Shown piece after piece: positions 22,861 through 35,393 of a stretch of DNA of 40,906 nucleotides. The translations under genes were made by a program, and so were the position numbers. Within the stretch, counting starts at the first letter, position 1; each line of letters opens with the position of its first letter. Source of the stretch: Nemertoderma westbladi (Eukaryota > Animalia > Xenacoelomorpha); the NCBI GenBank assembly GCA_032718475.1, contig JAUCBJ010003844.1, forward strand, positions 1-40,906, in the 5' to 3' direction. Below the pieces are notes generated by a model. The model had not been told where the DNA came from and searched no databases. It worked only from the letters and a program-made list of their open reading frames with translations.

Positions 22861-25800
22861 GCTACTACTACTACTACTAGGATCGGCATGCTCCATTGCA
22901 GCTGCATTTTTAAGAATGCTGTGCCGGCTTATCGACAAAATTGCACCGCCATAACTCCCTATCACCCATGACATTTGCTAGATCATCCGCATCTTCAAGG
23001 CCAGTGTCCTTTAAGATGCATCTCAAGAAAGTCATGGGCTGTCCACCATGCTTATTCACTCCATGAGGCTGCCAAAGTACAAGATTATGCACTGGCTGGT
23101 CCTCACGGCGAAAGCAATATCCTGCAAAGCGGAGGCGATTTTGTTCTAGTGTCAAGCTTGGGGAAACCAATGAGACACCTCCAATGTTATATAGTGTCTG
23201 GTTGGAGATGTGTGCATTGAACTTGACACAATGAACCCGGCGTAGCATTCTTGTGAATGTGCCATCCAGAGATTTGGTGTCCTCAGCAGTTAGAGCCCAG
23301 CATGGACTTCCATAGAGGAGTACTGGAACTACTGCTGCTCTAAATAACCGGACCTTAAGTTTCCGATTAATTATCGGTGACTTCCAAATCCTGGAAAGCC
23401 TATTCAAGGCTGCCCATGCCTTTCCTTTACGTATTCGAAGGTCCTCACCTGACTTCCGGATCCATGATCCCAGGTAACAGAAGTCATCCACATGCTCAAG
23501 CATACCATCTTTTGAGCTTATCCTCATCCGATCAGAGACTTGCTGAAGACTTTCAAAGTTAACTGTCAAAATTTTGGTCTTTCTGGAGTTAATAAAAAGA
23601 CCAACACTAGAAGCAGCATGTTCTAATGAGCTGAGGAGCCATTGGGCTCCCTCTAGTGATTCTGAGAGTACTCCTAAGTCATCAGCAAAGTCTAGATCAG
23701 TTAGGTACTTGGCAGGATTTCCTCGACTTCTGGAGCCAGTAGGTGGAGTTATAATCACCCCATCATCATTATGATGATCTAAGGACATGCGTAGAACATA
23801 GTCAACCACAATAATGAACAAGAATGGTGCAAGTGTGTCTCCCTGGAGGATGCCCCATAACACTTCAAATGGTTCTGTGTCACCGTCAACAGTAGACACA
23901 AATGTTGTCGAACCATCGTATACTGATCTGATTGCTGCAATAATTTTATCAGGAATCCCATATAATGAAAGTATGCTGAACATACGTGAGCGAGAGACTG
24001 AATCAAAGGCCTTGACGAAGTCAACAAAATATCATTTAATAGAATTCTATTGTATAGCTTTGCAGCAATCGAGATCAATGAGATTCCCCGAAACGAACCA
24101 TAGAGTGTTAGGTTGCCCTTCTTGGGAACTGGCACCAACTTATTTGTTTTCATTTCTTGTGGGACTCTTGTTGTTCGGTACATGTCTACTATGATGGGAT
24201 AGATGAGCTTTAAACACTCAGGTATTTTAAAGACCTCAGGGGGAACACCATCTACTCCACTGGCACGATTGGTCTTAATGCTCTTTGCAGCAGCCTTTAC
24301 TTCTGCAAAGGAGATATCGCCAATGGGAATATCTGGGAGTACAGACTCAGACACTTTTACTTCTATAAAGTTATCAGGCAATAATACCCTGTCATTATTG
24401 AGGAGCTTTTCAAAGTGGGCTTTCCAACCATTGATGCGATCGGCTGGTGATTCAGCCTTGTGGTTGGTGGTGGTTGGTTGGCTTTTCCGCCCAGTAAGCA
24501 GATCGATCGATTTCCATGCCTGGGATGATTGCCTGCTGTCGTCAGCATCATTGATGACATCAACCTGTTGGTTTATTAGCTCCTGTAGATTAACAGAGTA
24601 CTGCCTGTTCAGGGACCTAGATGCAGCCTTAACTGCATTCTTGGCCGCTGTAGTCTGTTTGAGTCGGGACTCTTTCTGCGCCTTACGAAGGTCATTTCGG
24701 CACTTCTGAATTTTGTTGTCAGTCCAGGGGGCCCTTTTCCTGTTTCGAGGGTATACAGGAACTGTTTCTGCAGCTGCTAACTTAACTGCTTCTGTAAAGG
24801 CAGTGTAGCCCTCACAGTGATCTGCCGCCTCAGAGGCAAGAGCCTCATACCTGTTGCTCAGCTGTAGTGTGAAGCTGGATCTCACACTTGGCTGTTGCAA
24901 CAGAGAGGACCAGTCATGCCACCGCAAGGCAGATTTCATTGTTCTGCTAGCACGCAGACTAAGTCTTACCTTGGCCACAATAAGGCGGTGATCACTGGAG
25001 AAGGGTCGAAGTGTAAATGCATTACAGTCTTGTATAGAGCTCCTGTATTTCCTACGAAACAGAATACGGTCTATCTGGGACTTGTGACCACTGGGTCCAC
25101 TATGAGTCCATAGCTTTCCAGTTCGCTTCTTGAACTGGGTTCCAGCCGAAAACAATCCATTTCCAGAGATAAAATCCTGAAGATGGACATAATTTCGGTT
25201 AACACTATTGCTATAGACCCAGGGCGATGTAGGTGATTGATGCAGACTTGCATTAAAGTCTCCCAGGAATGTTAAGAATGCATGCTGATCCACTCCATCA
25301 GTAGCTGCTTGTAGATTGTGGTAGAAATTTTCCACCTCCTCTACAGGGGCAACACTAGTTGGAGAGTAGCACACAATCAGAACCACCTTGGGAAACTCAG
25401 CCAGACTTCCAGAACATGAGAAGTGGCAACGGATGATGCGGTTAGAGATTTGGTCTATTTTGTCCAATGCTGCATGTGCAGTTGGATTCATCAATAGACC
25501 AATTCCACCATTGCCACTATCATCTGCTGACGCGAGGGCGAGTCGCCAACCGCCCCCCATGTCCTTAATCAGAACCTCATCAGTCTGTCCAGTCTGCATT
25601 CGGTGCTCTTGAACACCCACTGCACTAAGAGAAAGCTTATCTGCCAAGGCAGTCAGCTCACCTTGTCGCATTGGGGACCCGAGTGTTAGGGTGTTTACTG
25701 AGGCTAGTCTAGTGACTTGCCTCAGATTCACCAATGGCTTTGTTGGTTGGGGTGGAAAATGAGAGTAGCCTCCAACTCCAGAATCCCTCTCCCCATCACA

Positions 25801-26045
25801 ATCTGGCCTCCCTGGTGACCCAGGGTTTGGGCTAGAAAGGTCATCAGGAAAGGGACTCAAAGAATTGTTGGCTGCTCTCTCTCCAGTAGGGGGTGAGACA
25901 GGCAGCCGGTCAGGAGTTAACTGACGCCTGTGAGGCCAATTGTGTCCGGTAATTCCACTGGCCTCTAGTGGCCGGACCTCCGCATTGCTAATGTAATCCA
26001 TAGTGGGGGTTGGGGGGTGCTTTTTTGCCGAGTCAGCTCTCGGGG
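22861..26045 (-). mobile_element. RTE-clade LINE, near full length
   Basis: APE endonuclease (VNTLTL, GVQEHR, LGDFNA, SQIDRIL, SDHR) plus RT (PKKGNL, DFVKAFDS, QGDTLAP, DFADD, YLGS, RLRFAG); (TAG)n tail at ~22862-22880. Confidence 0.95.
22910..26001 (-). pseudogene. RTE EN-RT ORF broken by a deletion/frameshift near 24030
   Basis: The 740-aa and 357-aa ORFs join with LYNRILLN running straight into FVDFVKAFD; the usual Q.GFR segment is absent. Confidence 0.9.
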
Positions 26046-26139
26046 CAAATCAGGCCCGTCACTAGTATAAATTTTAGACTCTAAGTCCATTTTCTCTGAA
26101 ATTTTACTTTCAATTACCGTTTACATTACCGTCGTTTTG

Positions 26140-26640
26140 GTTATATAAAATGTTCTACACATCTCAGCAAACTTGTTTGCAATTTTCTGAGGGTCCGACT
26201 CTCTCTCAATGCAGTCACTAATTAGGTTACAGTTACCCCTTAACTTGCAAATATGTGGGAAAATATCCATGCCACCTGTAACCGAAGCTCGTAAAAGGTT
26301 ATCACGCTTAATCTTGCTTTCCACATTTTTTAAACGGCGAACAGCGTATTTAAACTGTAATCTAGTTCTTTGTTTAATTGGCCACAAAACATTTAGATTC
26401 CCTGTAGGCTTACCAGCGGAGCACAAAATCCACGTCCCTTTTATATGATATACATAATCATTCCAACTAGGCATTATAGACCCTCTCCGGTATTTGAGTT
26501 CCCTGTACCACTTAGTGGCAGTTCTCTCGCTGCAGAATCAATAGCATGTAACAAATCTAAAGTATACCGTTCCAAACATTATCTATGGTACAAAATCGCA
26601 CAATGAATATCCGAACTGTTATTACAAGCACTATCTAATG
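26140..26640 (-). mobile_element. RTEX-like LINE, 5' part (EN-RT linker)
   Basis: C...C...H, PSWNDYV, GKPTG, TRLQFKYAVRRLK, IANKFA; same strand and correct order relative to 21072-22100. Confidence 0.7.
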
Positions 26641-26825
26641 TTTTGATGTTGTTGGTTCATATATGTCTTCACATTCTTTATCTGTTGAAATTGGACTGCC
26701 TTCATTTGAGTTATCTTTACATTCACAAACAGTTAATGTACTTTCTTGATTAGCACTGTTAGCCATGTTACACCAGACTTTGACTTCTTTTTTGAAACTG
26801 TTTCCTGTCTCTGAATCCGATCTAT
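26641..26825 (-). pseudogene. hATx/hATw-like transposase linker (piece 2)
   Basis: IDRIQRQETVSKKKSK...[frameshift]...TDKECEDIYEPTTSK; joins in frame to piece 1 and piece 3 at the two insertion sites. Confidence 0.6.
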
Positions 26826-29337
26826 GAGAGAGGGCTGTTGCGCTGTCAGTCAGAGAGGTAACAGCCCGTGGGGTAAGGATTTACCTCTGGGACCTGTATT
26901 AGGCAAAATAGCAGTAGCTGTGTAGGCCCACCAGTACTGTGCACAGTACAAGACCCGAAATTTAGCCTACATCTGTAAATAATACACGGTTTCGCAGTAC
27001 AAGACCATATAAATTAGACCACCATCTGTAAAATGCTCGCCTGAGTTCAGGAGTTGCACAGATGTCAGGATGTGCTGATTCTATATCATCCACTAACGGA
27101 TTCTGGTAGCCTGGAACTACGGTAGACCACTACAAAAACTGATACAACAGAGTGAGGTGCCGTTCAGCCGTTAGCCTAACATTTCTCGGAGGCTGGTCCG
27201 ATAACACTCAATGCATTGTTTGGTTGGACATTGACATTATTGCATAACAGTGTACATTATTACACTGTTACATACTGATTAGTATGGATTGAGAAATTGG
27301 ATATTAGTATGGATTGAGAAATTGGATATATTTGGACGTCAATGGATGGATAGGTTTGGTTTGAGAAACTCATATCACGTAGGCCTACCTAATCATATAT
27401 TTGTGATAATTATTACTAGATCCACTGGCCCCCAGCCACCTTCAACAAACCATCATGCCTTGGGGCACTCACCTGAGGGGGCGGAGCGCATTAAAAACTC
27501 TAAGTATCGTGACCTAGTCGACTGGGGCCATTTCTTTCACCCTGTGGCCTTTGGCCGCCCTGGTCCAGAGACATCCACCTTCCTCCGGGAGATTGGGTCT
27601 CGTCTCCACAGTGCCACCCACGAACCGCGGTCACACCAGTTTCTGCTCCAGCGCCTGGAGATGGCAATTTGGGTTGGTAATGCAGCCTCAGTCATGGGGA
27701 CAGCAACCCCAACAACGCCGACCATTGGTCTATTCAGGGACTGAAGAGCCGAAACCAATCAAAACTGTCGAAATGGTTGCCAATGGAGTCACCAATGGGA
27801 TGACGGCCGAAGATATTCAATACTCTATCTTATGCAATCTCAAATATTCAATATGGTACTGTTCCTTCAATTCAATATTCAATCTTAGTATTATTTCTGT
27901 GCTTCGTTATTTAATAATGTGATTAGATAAAAAATAAATTAATGAAATGTTATTTATTACAAAAAAAAAATCCAAAATTATATTAAAATTTATATAGTTT
28001 TGAATGAAATGTTTCGAAATCCACAGTCATTCAATGAACTTATACAGCAGTGTCATATATCGCGTATCCCTTGGTTTAATCACTATTCTTTATTCAAGTA
28101 TAACTGAATCCTGGCCCGCCGCTTTCACCCTCCACTGATTATTTAAAATCGTAACTCATTCAATCTTTGACTAAATTATACCAAACTTGGTAAACATGTA
28201 ATCTTGTTTATCGGCCTTAAATAAACACAACTTGCTAAAATTTCCCCTATAATGTTTTTTCCTATAGAACAGGATGCAGTTTTATTTTAGTAGTAAACAA
28301 GCTATTATTTGCGTCGATTTTCACCTGGAGAGGGAAGAATATTGATTGCCCCCCCCCCCCCCCCCCCCCTACCTGCAGTTAAATGAAAATATTTCGGTAC
28401 CATTTAATTTTATTATCACGGTCGCGCATCAAGTAGGCCTAGTCTGTCAAAAGATACAATTCATTATATAAGCATAACAAAATTAATTATAATAATTCTA
28501 AAAATATAAGGCAGATTATCCTAAAGTTAGCTCTTTAGTCTTTAGCAATCTTATACATTGACAAGACTTAAAAATAATTGATGTTGAATAATTAATATTA
28601 AGATTAAAATATATTATTATGAATTCAAAGAAAGCAAAATGTATTGAGTTAGTATTGGCAAGTTAATCTCACAAAGTCACAAACCAGTCTAGTCTAACTA
28701 TAGAGTAGCCTTGTTCGCATTGTTCCAGGTTTAGGCCTATAGATTCCACGGTCTTCATTCAAGGTTTAATACTGTAATACTAATAGACTCCGTTATCTGT
28801 CTCGATCGCTTCGCTATGCACCATCTTACTGGATTTAATAAACTCCATCGCTTTCCTGTCGTTCTCTGTTTTGTAGATTACTTCGCCATCATCTGATCGC
28901 TTTGGTTGCATGTTTAATACTGTAATAGACTCCCGTCGCCATCGTATCGTTCTGGATACATTGACTAGACTCCATTGTCCATCGCGATAGATCGTTTCAT
29001 TGTTTACGTTTAATTGACTTCGCCTCCTCGGATTAGGAATTCGGCCGTGTTTCGTAGATTCCGCCATCGTTCAGCAGTTCAGTGTTTTTAATCAAAGCCA
29101 GAATTCCGGCACCAGCACCACGATCAACGATTTCGGAAGTAACAGACTCCACCAACAATACTCGGGGTTTAAAAAATACAACTATCAGGCAACTTGTAAC
29201 TGGGCGATCATCTATCTGATAGTTGAAAAAGACTGTCTGACAGTTGGTATCAGGCTATCTGATAGTTAGCGAGCGCCCCATGGGTAAATCCTTACCCCAT
29301 GGGCTGTTACCTCTCTGACTGACAGCGCAACAGCCCC
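26826..29337. mobile_element. Non-autonomous TIR transposon (PIF/Harbinger-like), ~60-bp TIRs, TAT TSD
   Basis: gggctgttgcgctgtcagtcagagaggtaacagccc(g/a)tggggtaaggatttacc at 26832 is inverted at ~29278-29336; TAT at 26823-26825 and 29338-29340. Confidence 0.85.
27430..27744 (+). pseudogene. 3' fragment of CRE-clade (restriction-like endonuclease) non-LTR retrotransposon
   Basis: AERIKNSKY...FHPVAF...FLREIGSRL...FLLQRLEMAIWVGNAASVMGT matches the CRE C-terminal pattern QRLS.AIQRGNAA. Confidence 0.75.
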
Positions 29338-29781
29338 TATAGCTTTTAAGAGCACTTTTATTTACTATTGTCGTCATTCTTCCACCAAGGTTTTGCAGTC
29401 TGTTGCTGTACCTGGTATGTCATCATCTAATACCCATTTCGGTTGATGTTTTGCTTTGAAATTTATAATGCTGGATCACAAGTAGTTAGATAACTACCTT
29501 GTGTTTCAGGTAGGTGACCTTGAAATTTCTTATAATAATTATCCAACCTAGACACAATATTATGCTTCTCAATACTGACTATTCCATATTGGCCATATAA
29601 TTTAATAATTCTTCTGCTAATATGCAGGGATGGTCTCAGTGTGTTTGTGTCTATAATTGCACTAAATCGCCGAAGCAGTATTCTTTCAGTTAAAACTTGA
29701 GATGCTGGTAATGCTGGTAAAGATCCCAATATTCTCACTAATTGGGGGTCAGTTGATCTAGTTGATGGAAGTTTTGACATT
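29338..29781 (-). pseudogene. hATx/hATw-like transposase N-terminus (piece 1)
   Basis: STRS...ILG.LP..SQVLTER.LLRRF...IVSIEKHNIVSRLDNYYKKF parallels the TR..G...QLPT..IVEKI..YY N-terminus of the hATm ORF at 33128. Confidence 0.6.
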
Positions 29782-30399
29782 TGTAATACTATTGAGTCTT
29801 CCTGATCCAGATCCAACCGCATAGCGGGACCATTCAGCCAAAAGGTTGTATCTGCAAAAACATGGTTATGAGATAATCGAGAAATACTGTTTTATTTCAG
29901 AACACTTAAGTAAAATATAAAAGTGTAAAACTGAAAAATGTAGTCCTCATCTTCACAATGTGGCCCAGACAACTTAAATTATCCTCCACTTCTGTGGTTT
30001 TCGTTATTTGATAAAAATATATGAAAAAAAAACACTTACATCTTTTTGGCTCTAGCAATTATGTATAAATAAATAACAACATAAACAAATATATGGTTTG
30101 AAGACACGAGAAACCAAAGTTTTGTGCTGTGCACATTATACGAAAGCATAGCTTTTAAAACAATTAGGTGGGGTAGTTTTTTCACCACCAAAATTTCAAG
30201 TAGCAAAAAAATTAAAAAAATTAAATGTGTATCCATTATTTCTAATTGTTATCTTCTATATGGATTATTTTTGCAATTGAAATAGAAATCTTTGGAAATC
30301 ATTGGGTGATTATAAAATTAAAGTTTTACTGCGCCATGCCAAAACAAAAGGAAAAAAACAAGTAGACCAGAGCACGAAACTCACTTTGAAACAACATTT

Positions 30400-30723
30400 T
30401 TAATCCCACTTATACAATGATTAAAATTTACTTCCTAAATTACTAAATTTATAAAATATGTTTTTTGGGGTTCTGATTCTAATGGAATAGATTTAAAATT
30501 CTGGTGAATAAAATTCATATTTTTCGGCAATAATTTTGGTTCTAGCACAAAAGTTAGTAGCACACACCACCGAAAAATAGAAGTTTGAGAATTCTAATGC
30601 ATTTCGTATACTGTATTTAATCGAATCCAGAATACACTCAAATCAAACTAAAAATACACTTAAAAAATCCAAAACGATTCCTATCAAAATTTTACTTTTA
30701 CTTTTTTTTTAAATCAGTGTGGG
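30400..30723 (-). repeat. 5' subterminal region and probable terminus (CCCACACTG) of the hATx-like element
   Basis: Reverse complement aligns by eye with ~15940-16170; ends cagtgtggg at ~30715-30723. Confidence 0.5.
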
Positions 30724-31539
30724 GTGAGCCACGAAAGTTAGCGAACCGAGCATACATGTACCACTATCTCAACCATTTGTCTGTCATCGGTCTAATCTAA
30801 ACGCAATTTCAGGGCATTTCTTCCCATCTTTGGATGAATACCCTAAATTACTATATACTTAATAACTTATTTTAATTAATATTCACCATGACCTGTCATC
30901 AATATAGTGTTATTTTCAGATGACACGGACCTCCCCCCCCCCCCCCCCCCACCCTAATTATTCTACAAATCTTTATTATATTGTTAGAAATTTGAAACAC
31001 AGCTAGTTCAACTCACTGTGGTTGTTACCATGAAGCCGGAATTTTAGATTTTATCTTTGAATTTATTTTATAAGTGTATTAAAAAAAGTATCTATGCGAA
31101 ATTGCACACTCCATTGGTTGTCATTCTTAGTGGCCATTCTTTACCTTAGTCGTTCAAATCAATGGAAAAGCTTGCATTGCAAGGATTAAAAATAACAATA
31201 TCTGAATTTCGTTGAGAAACAGCTGTGATATAGCCGTATAGCCATATAAGTATTGTTCGCTGAAGGCCACTAATAAATACACAATGTTCTGGAATATTTT
31301 GTTTGTGTATATGGTCAAGTGGTAGAAAGTACCTTATTTTATAAAATCATAATATAACAACTCATACGTATAACCAACTATAATAATATAACGTATGTAA
31401 TGTAATACCCATAATAGTCCATTCTCCATAATATTCAGAGTTAAAAAGTCAGTTTTATTACAAATGTCAGTCCATAACTAGTTTAGAGATAATAATGTGA
31501 GAATGAGTGATGAAGTACTCAATAACAGAAGCTTTAGTG

Positions 31540-32110
31540 AGCTATTAATCGTCCTGAGTTTAAGACTTAGCGAAGTAAGAGCTTGGAAGCTCCTTTCTGT
31601 TTCATAGCATCATAAACTTGCTCTTTAGCCTCAATCCACTGTATATCTAGTTGTTTGCATTCAAACTTTTGTCTCAAAAAAACTATATCAACTCGCAAGC
31701 TTTGGTCTTGTATAACATTGGTTGTACGAACAGCTCAGTATAAACTTTTGTTATCAATAGTGGTAAATAGTATACACCTGATCGCATCAATTATTGCAAC
31801 CATCTCATCTTCTGCATCGATTCCTTCAACCAATGCTAGCGTTTCTGAAGCCAATGTACTTCTAACAACAGGTCTCAGTTTTCGACTTTGCCAATTTACT
31901 GGTACTCATAGACCTTTTTCATTGGATAAAAACAAAATAAAAGCTCCTTGTGAAGAACCATTGGGTAAGTTGGCATGAGATGCATCTGGTAAAGTTGTAA
32001 TGAACATTTATTGAAATTGCCCATTTTTTGGAAAACCAAATCCAACTTTTCATACTTCAGCTCCTTAATTAGTTTGTTAATATATTGAAGAACTCCAATA
32101 GTGGCATTGG
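31540..32110 (-). pseudogene. Ty1/copia RNase H remnant, GalEa-like
   Basis: DASHANL, PVNWQSRKLRPVVRSTLASETLAL, DNKSL, LRVD, WIEAKEQ..D...KGAS. Confidence 0.75.
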
Positions 32111-33127
32111 CACGAATAATTAATTAACCAAGGAGAAAATCGTGTGCTCGATGCAGAACTTCCAAAAGCCGTAATCATCATCTCCATCTAGGGCAGTTCG
32201 TCACTGTTGAATGGGCATTGTCATTGTCAAACCAGAATACAGACTGTCGAACATTTCCTTCTTCTCTTTTGAAAGTTTAAGGGAATACAGTCGAATTGAT
32301 TCTTCCCTTTTGTGTGAAGAGTTATTGTTTGTTTACAAAACTAAATATGACAATAATAATTATACTGGGCTTTGTTACTGCTAGAGAGTAATATCTCTAT
32401 GCTAAATCTAAAACTACCTACAACTTCTTTGTCTTATTTACTTACTCACATCCATATTATTTAGCCTCACCAGATTCCATAATGTCGTTTATTCAATAGG
32501 CTACCAGCTACTAACTTACTGATAACACTAAATCAGCCAACACAAGCTAACTAATAGTTAACACTGGTTTTACATAAATCACTTTTATGCAGGACCTATT
32601 TTTAATTTACCCTCATCTTTTTAACCACATATCCATCCATCCACCCTTGTTGAACCAAATCTTATAGAGCCACATTTACAGCACTGTTGTTACCTGCTGC
32701 TGTGTTTGTCATTTACACATAATAAATTTGTGTCCCTACTGTAGTTAGTTCCATATGACCAGAATTTACATTCTAACATTCAGTAAGTTAGTCAATTTCT
32801 GCCTATTTTAATCATCCAGTCAGGTCTGACAAAGTCCGAAACTAGTATACCATTGTTAATAGTAGATTGGTCTAGGCTGCAAATACTTTGCAGAAATCAA
32901 ATCAGAGTCCAGTATGATTTGAACCCAAAGATAGTCTGTTTCTGATTTAGTGCACAACTAACTGAGCTTCAATGACAGTATAAGATGTTAACTGAAATAT
33001 TATATATAATATATTGTTGGCGTTACTTTGCGCATTACTTTATATTGTTGGCATTGTACTATTGTAGTTAATTATATTATTATATATAGGCTCAATATTA
33101 CTGAAATTATCGTGACTGTATGTCAGT

Positions 33128-35393
33128 ATGTCTGCTATTCAAATGCCTGTGCCTAGTTCTTCTACTGATATTCCAGTTACTCGAATTAAAGAAAAATGCC
33201 CATTGTTTGGAATATGTACTACAATGAACAAGAGTCAATTGCCAACTTATAAAGACATATTGCTCTCATTCCTCTACCATCGCATTGAATGCATCTTATA
33301 GCCAGCCATCTACCTACTCTGTATCTAAGGTCGTAGCAAAAGAACTACAAAACATATTCAGTGATGCCTCTATCCCTGTTATGAATTTCAATCAAATAGT
33401 TGAAAAAATTAGTCGCTATTATGAAAGTTATCAAAAATTAATGAAAAACTATAAGAACAAGTCGGAATCCGAATTTATAAAAAATAATAATATTGCTGAG
33501 TTCAAGGCTGAAGGTGGGAAACTATTTCTTGTATCTGCCTGCCGGTGTCACATAATTAAATACTGCACCTGTAAAAGAGAGCTTAGAATACCTACAATAG
33601 AAATTGAATATAATGCAATAGAAATTTTAGAAAATCAGAAATCAAATAGGAAGATGTTTATTGGTGGTGTAGATGAAGGCAGAACAAAAATTATTCAAAA
33701 AATTAAATTACGTAAGAATAAAAATTCCAATTATAAAGCTAAGTATCACAAGAGCAATATAGAGGATACTGTTATATGTAATTTTAGTGATAGTGCCCCT
33801 GAGGAAGGAGCTGATGATGATAGTAGTGGTGGGTCTATGTTTGAAGAGCCTTGTGACAGAGATTTCATTGCTGATCCTAAAAATGACAACCTTATACTTT
33901 CTCTTACAGGAATGGATCTAGCTCATGTTGCTCAACTTTGTGATGGTCAAGGGATTTCTAATAGGAGTGGTGCACTCTTAATGAACTCTGTTCTAGAAAT
34001 TGCTGGAATTATTAGCCCAGAATATAATACTTCCTCTGTAGTTGATCATAGTAAAATCCGCAGAGAATGTAACAAATGTCGGTCAAAATTACAGCAGGAT
34101 CAGCTATCAGAATTATCTAACTCAATAACAGGTCTCTATTTCGATGGTAAACTGGATAAAAAAACAAAATCTCTGGTCGGAAAAGATGGGAAAACATCCT
34201 CACAATGTGAAATTATAGAAGATCATTATTCCTTAGTTAGTGAACTGGAATCGAATTTCATAGGCCATGTAACACCAGTATCTTCAAAGGCTGTTGACAT
34301 AAAGGACTTAATCATTAAATATTTTTCTGATAACTCCCTTAGCATTAGTTTAATTTCCTGTATTGGTTGTGATGGGACAGCTACAAATTTTGGCTAAAAA
34401 GGTGGTGTTATATGCCTGTTAGAAATACATCTTGGTAGACATGTTTCATGGTTCATATGTATGTTGCATGTAAATGAGTTGCCTTTGCGCCATTTGCTGT
34501 TTGATCTTGATGGTACAACTACAGGACCACAGTCGTTTAGTGGTCCCATAGGAAAGGCCTTAGCTGAATGTCATTGTTTGCCTGTTGTCACATTTACTCC
34601 TGTATCTGGACCCAAATTACAAGTTTCTTAATATTTGCAATGCAGTTTCTTCTCGTATATGTCTTGATTCACTTGCAACTCGCTTGGGCCCATAGCTCAT
34701 GCAAGAGGGCTCACTACTGCCAGCCGTATTCTTCGTCTCTATATATCTTCAGTTGCACCTTCTAAGGCACTTATTGGTCTTGTTGAGTATATCATCAAGG
34801 TTTATGCACCTCTTTGGTTTTCAATTAAATCTGAGTGGAAGTTTTATTATTGCCCACGTTATCTCTACAAATTGATATCTCTCACAAGGTCACTAAAGAT
34901 TAAACACCATGAAGTTATTGATAGGGTCATTCAAAGGAATGCTTTCTTTGGCCATCCCGAAAATATCCTGCTCTCTATGATTTTTGATGATAGACCTGAA
35001 ATTAGAAAGTTAGGATATCTACGTATTATTAAAGCAGAAGCATCAAGATCATCTGCGATTCGGAAATTTACAATTCCAGATCTAAACTTTTCTGCTGTTG
35101 ACTATACAGATTTCATTGACTGGCAACATGTCAAATACAAAAGACCACAAGTTCTGAATACCTTCTCTAATGAAGAACTTAAATCGTATGCAGAAACTGG
35201 TAACATAATAAATCTGCCATCATATTCTTGCCATACACAGTCTGTAGAACGTGTAGTGAAACTTGTTTCCGAAGCTAGTGAGGCTGGTTTTGGTGCTCAG
35301 TGCTGTGATGTATTTATACGAGCCAAACTCGCATCAAGGAAACAAATTCCTTCTTTTGATAGTAAGAAAGATTATAAGTGTAGTTTAAAATAG
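33128..35393 (+). pseudogene. hATm-like transposase, near full length with stops and frameshifts
   Basis: TR..CPLFG..QLPTY, LYFDGK, EDHYSLV, IGCDGTATN, WFICMLHVNELPLRHL, DGTTTGP, NAFFGHPENILLSM, CHTQSVERVVKLVSEAS. Confidence 0.85.

Noticed and set aside
31401-31461. TGTAATA...TATTACA as the copia LTR
   Set aside because: Only 61 bp, with no clear polypurine tract or second copy.
32189-32200. TAGGGC as the left TIR of the hATm element
   Set aside because: Match to the right terminus stops after 6 bp and the flanking 8-mers differ.
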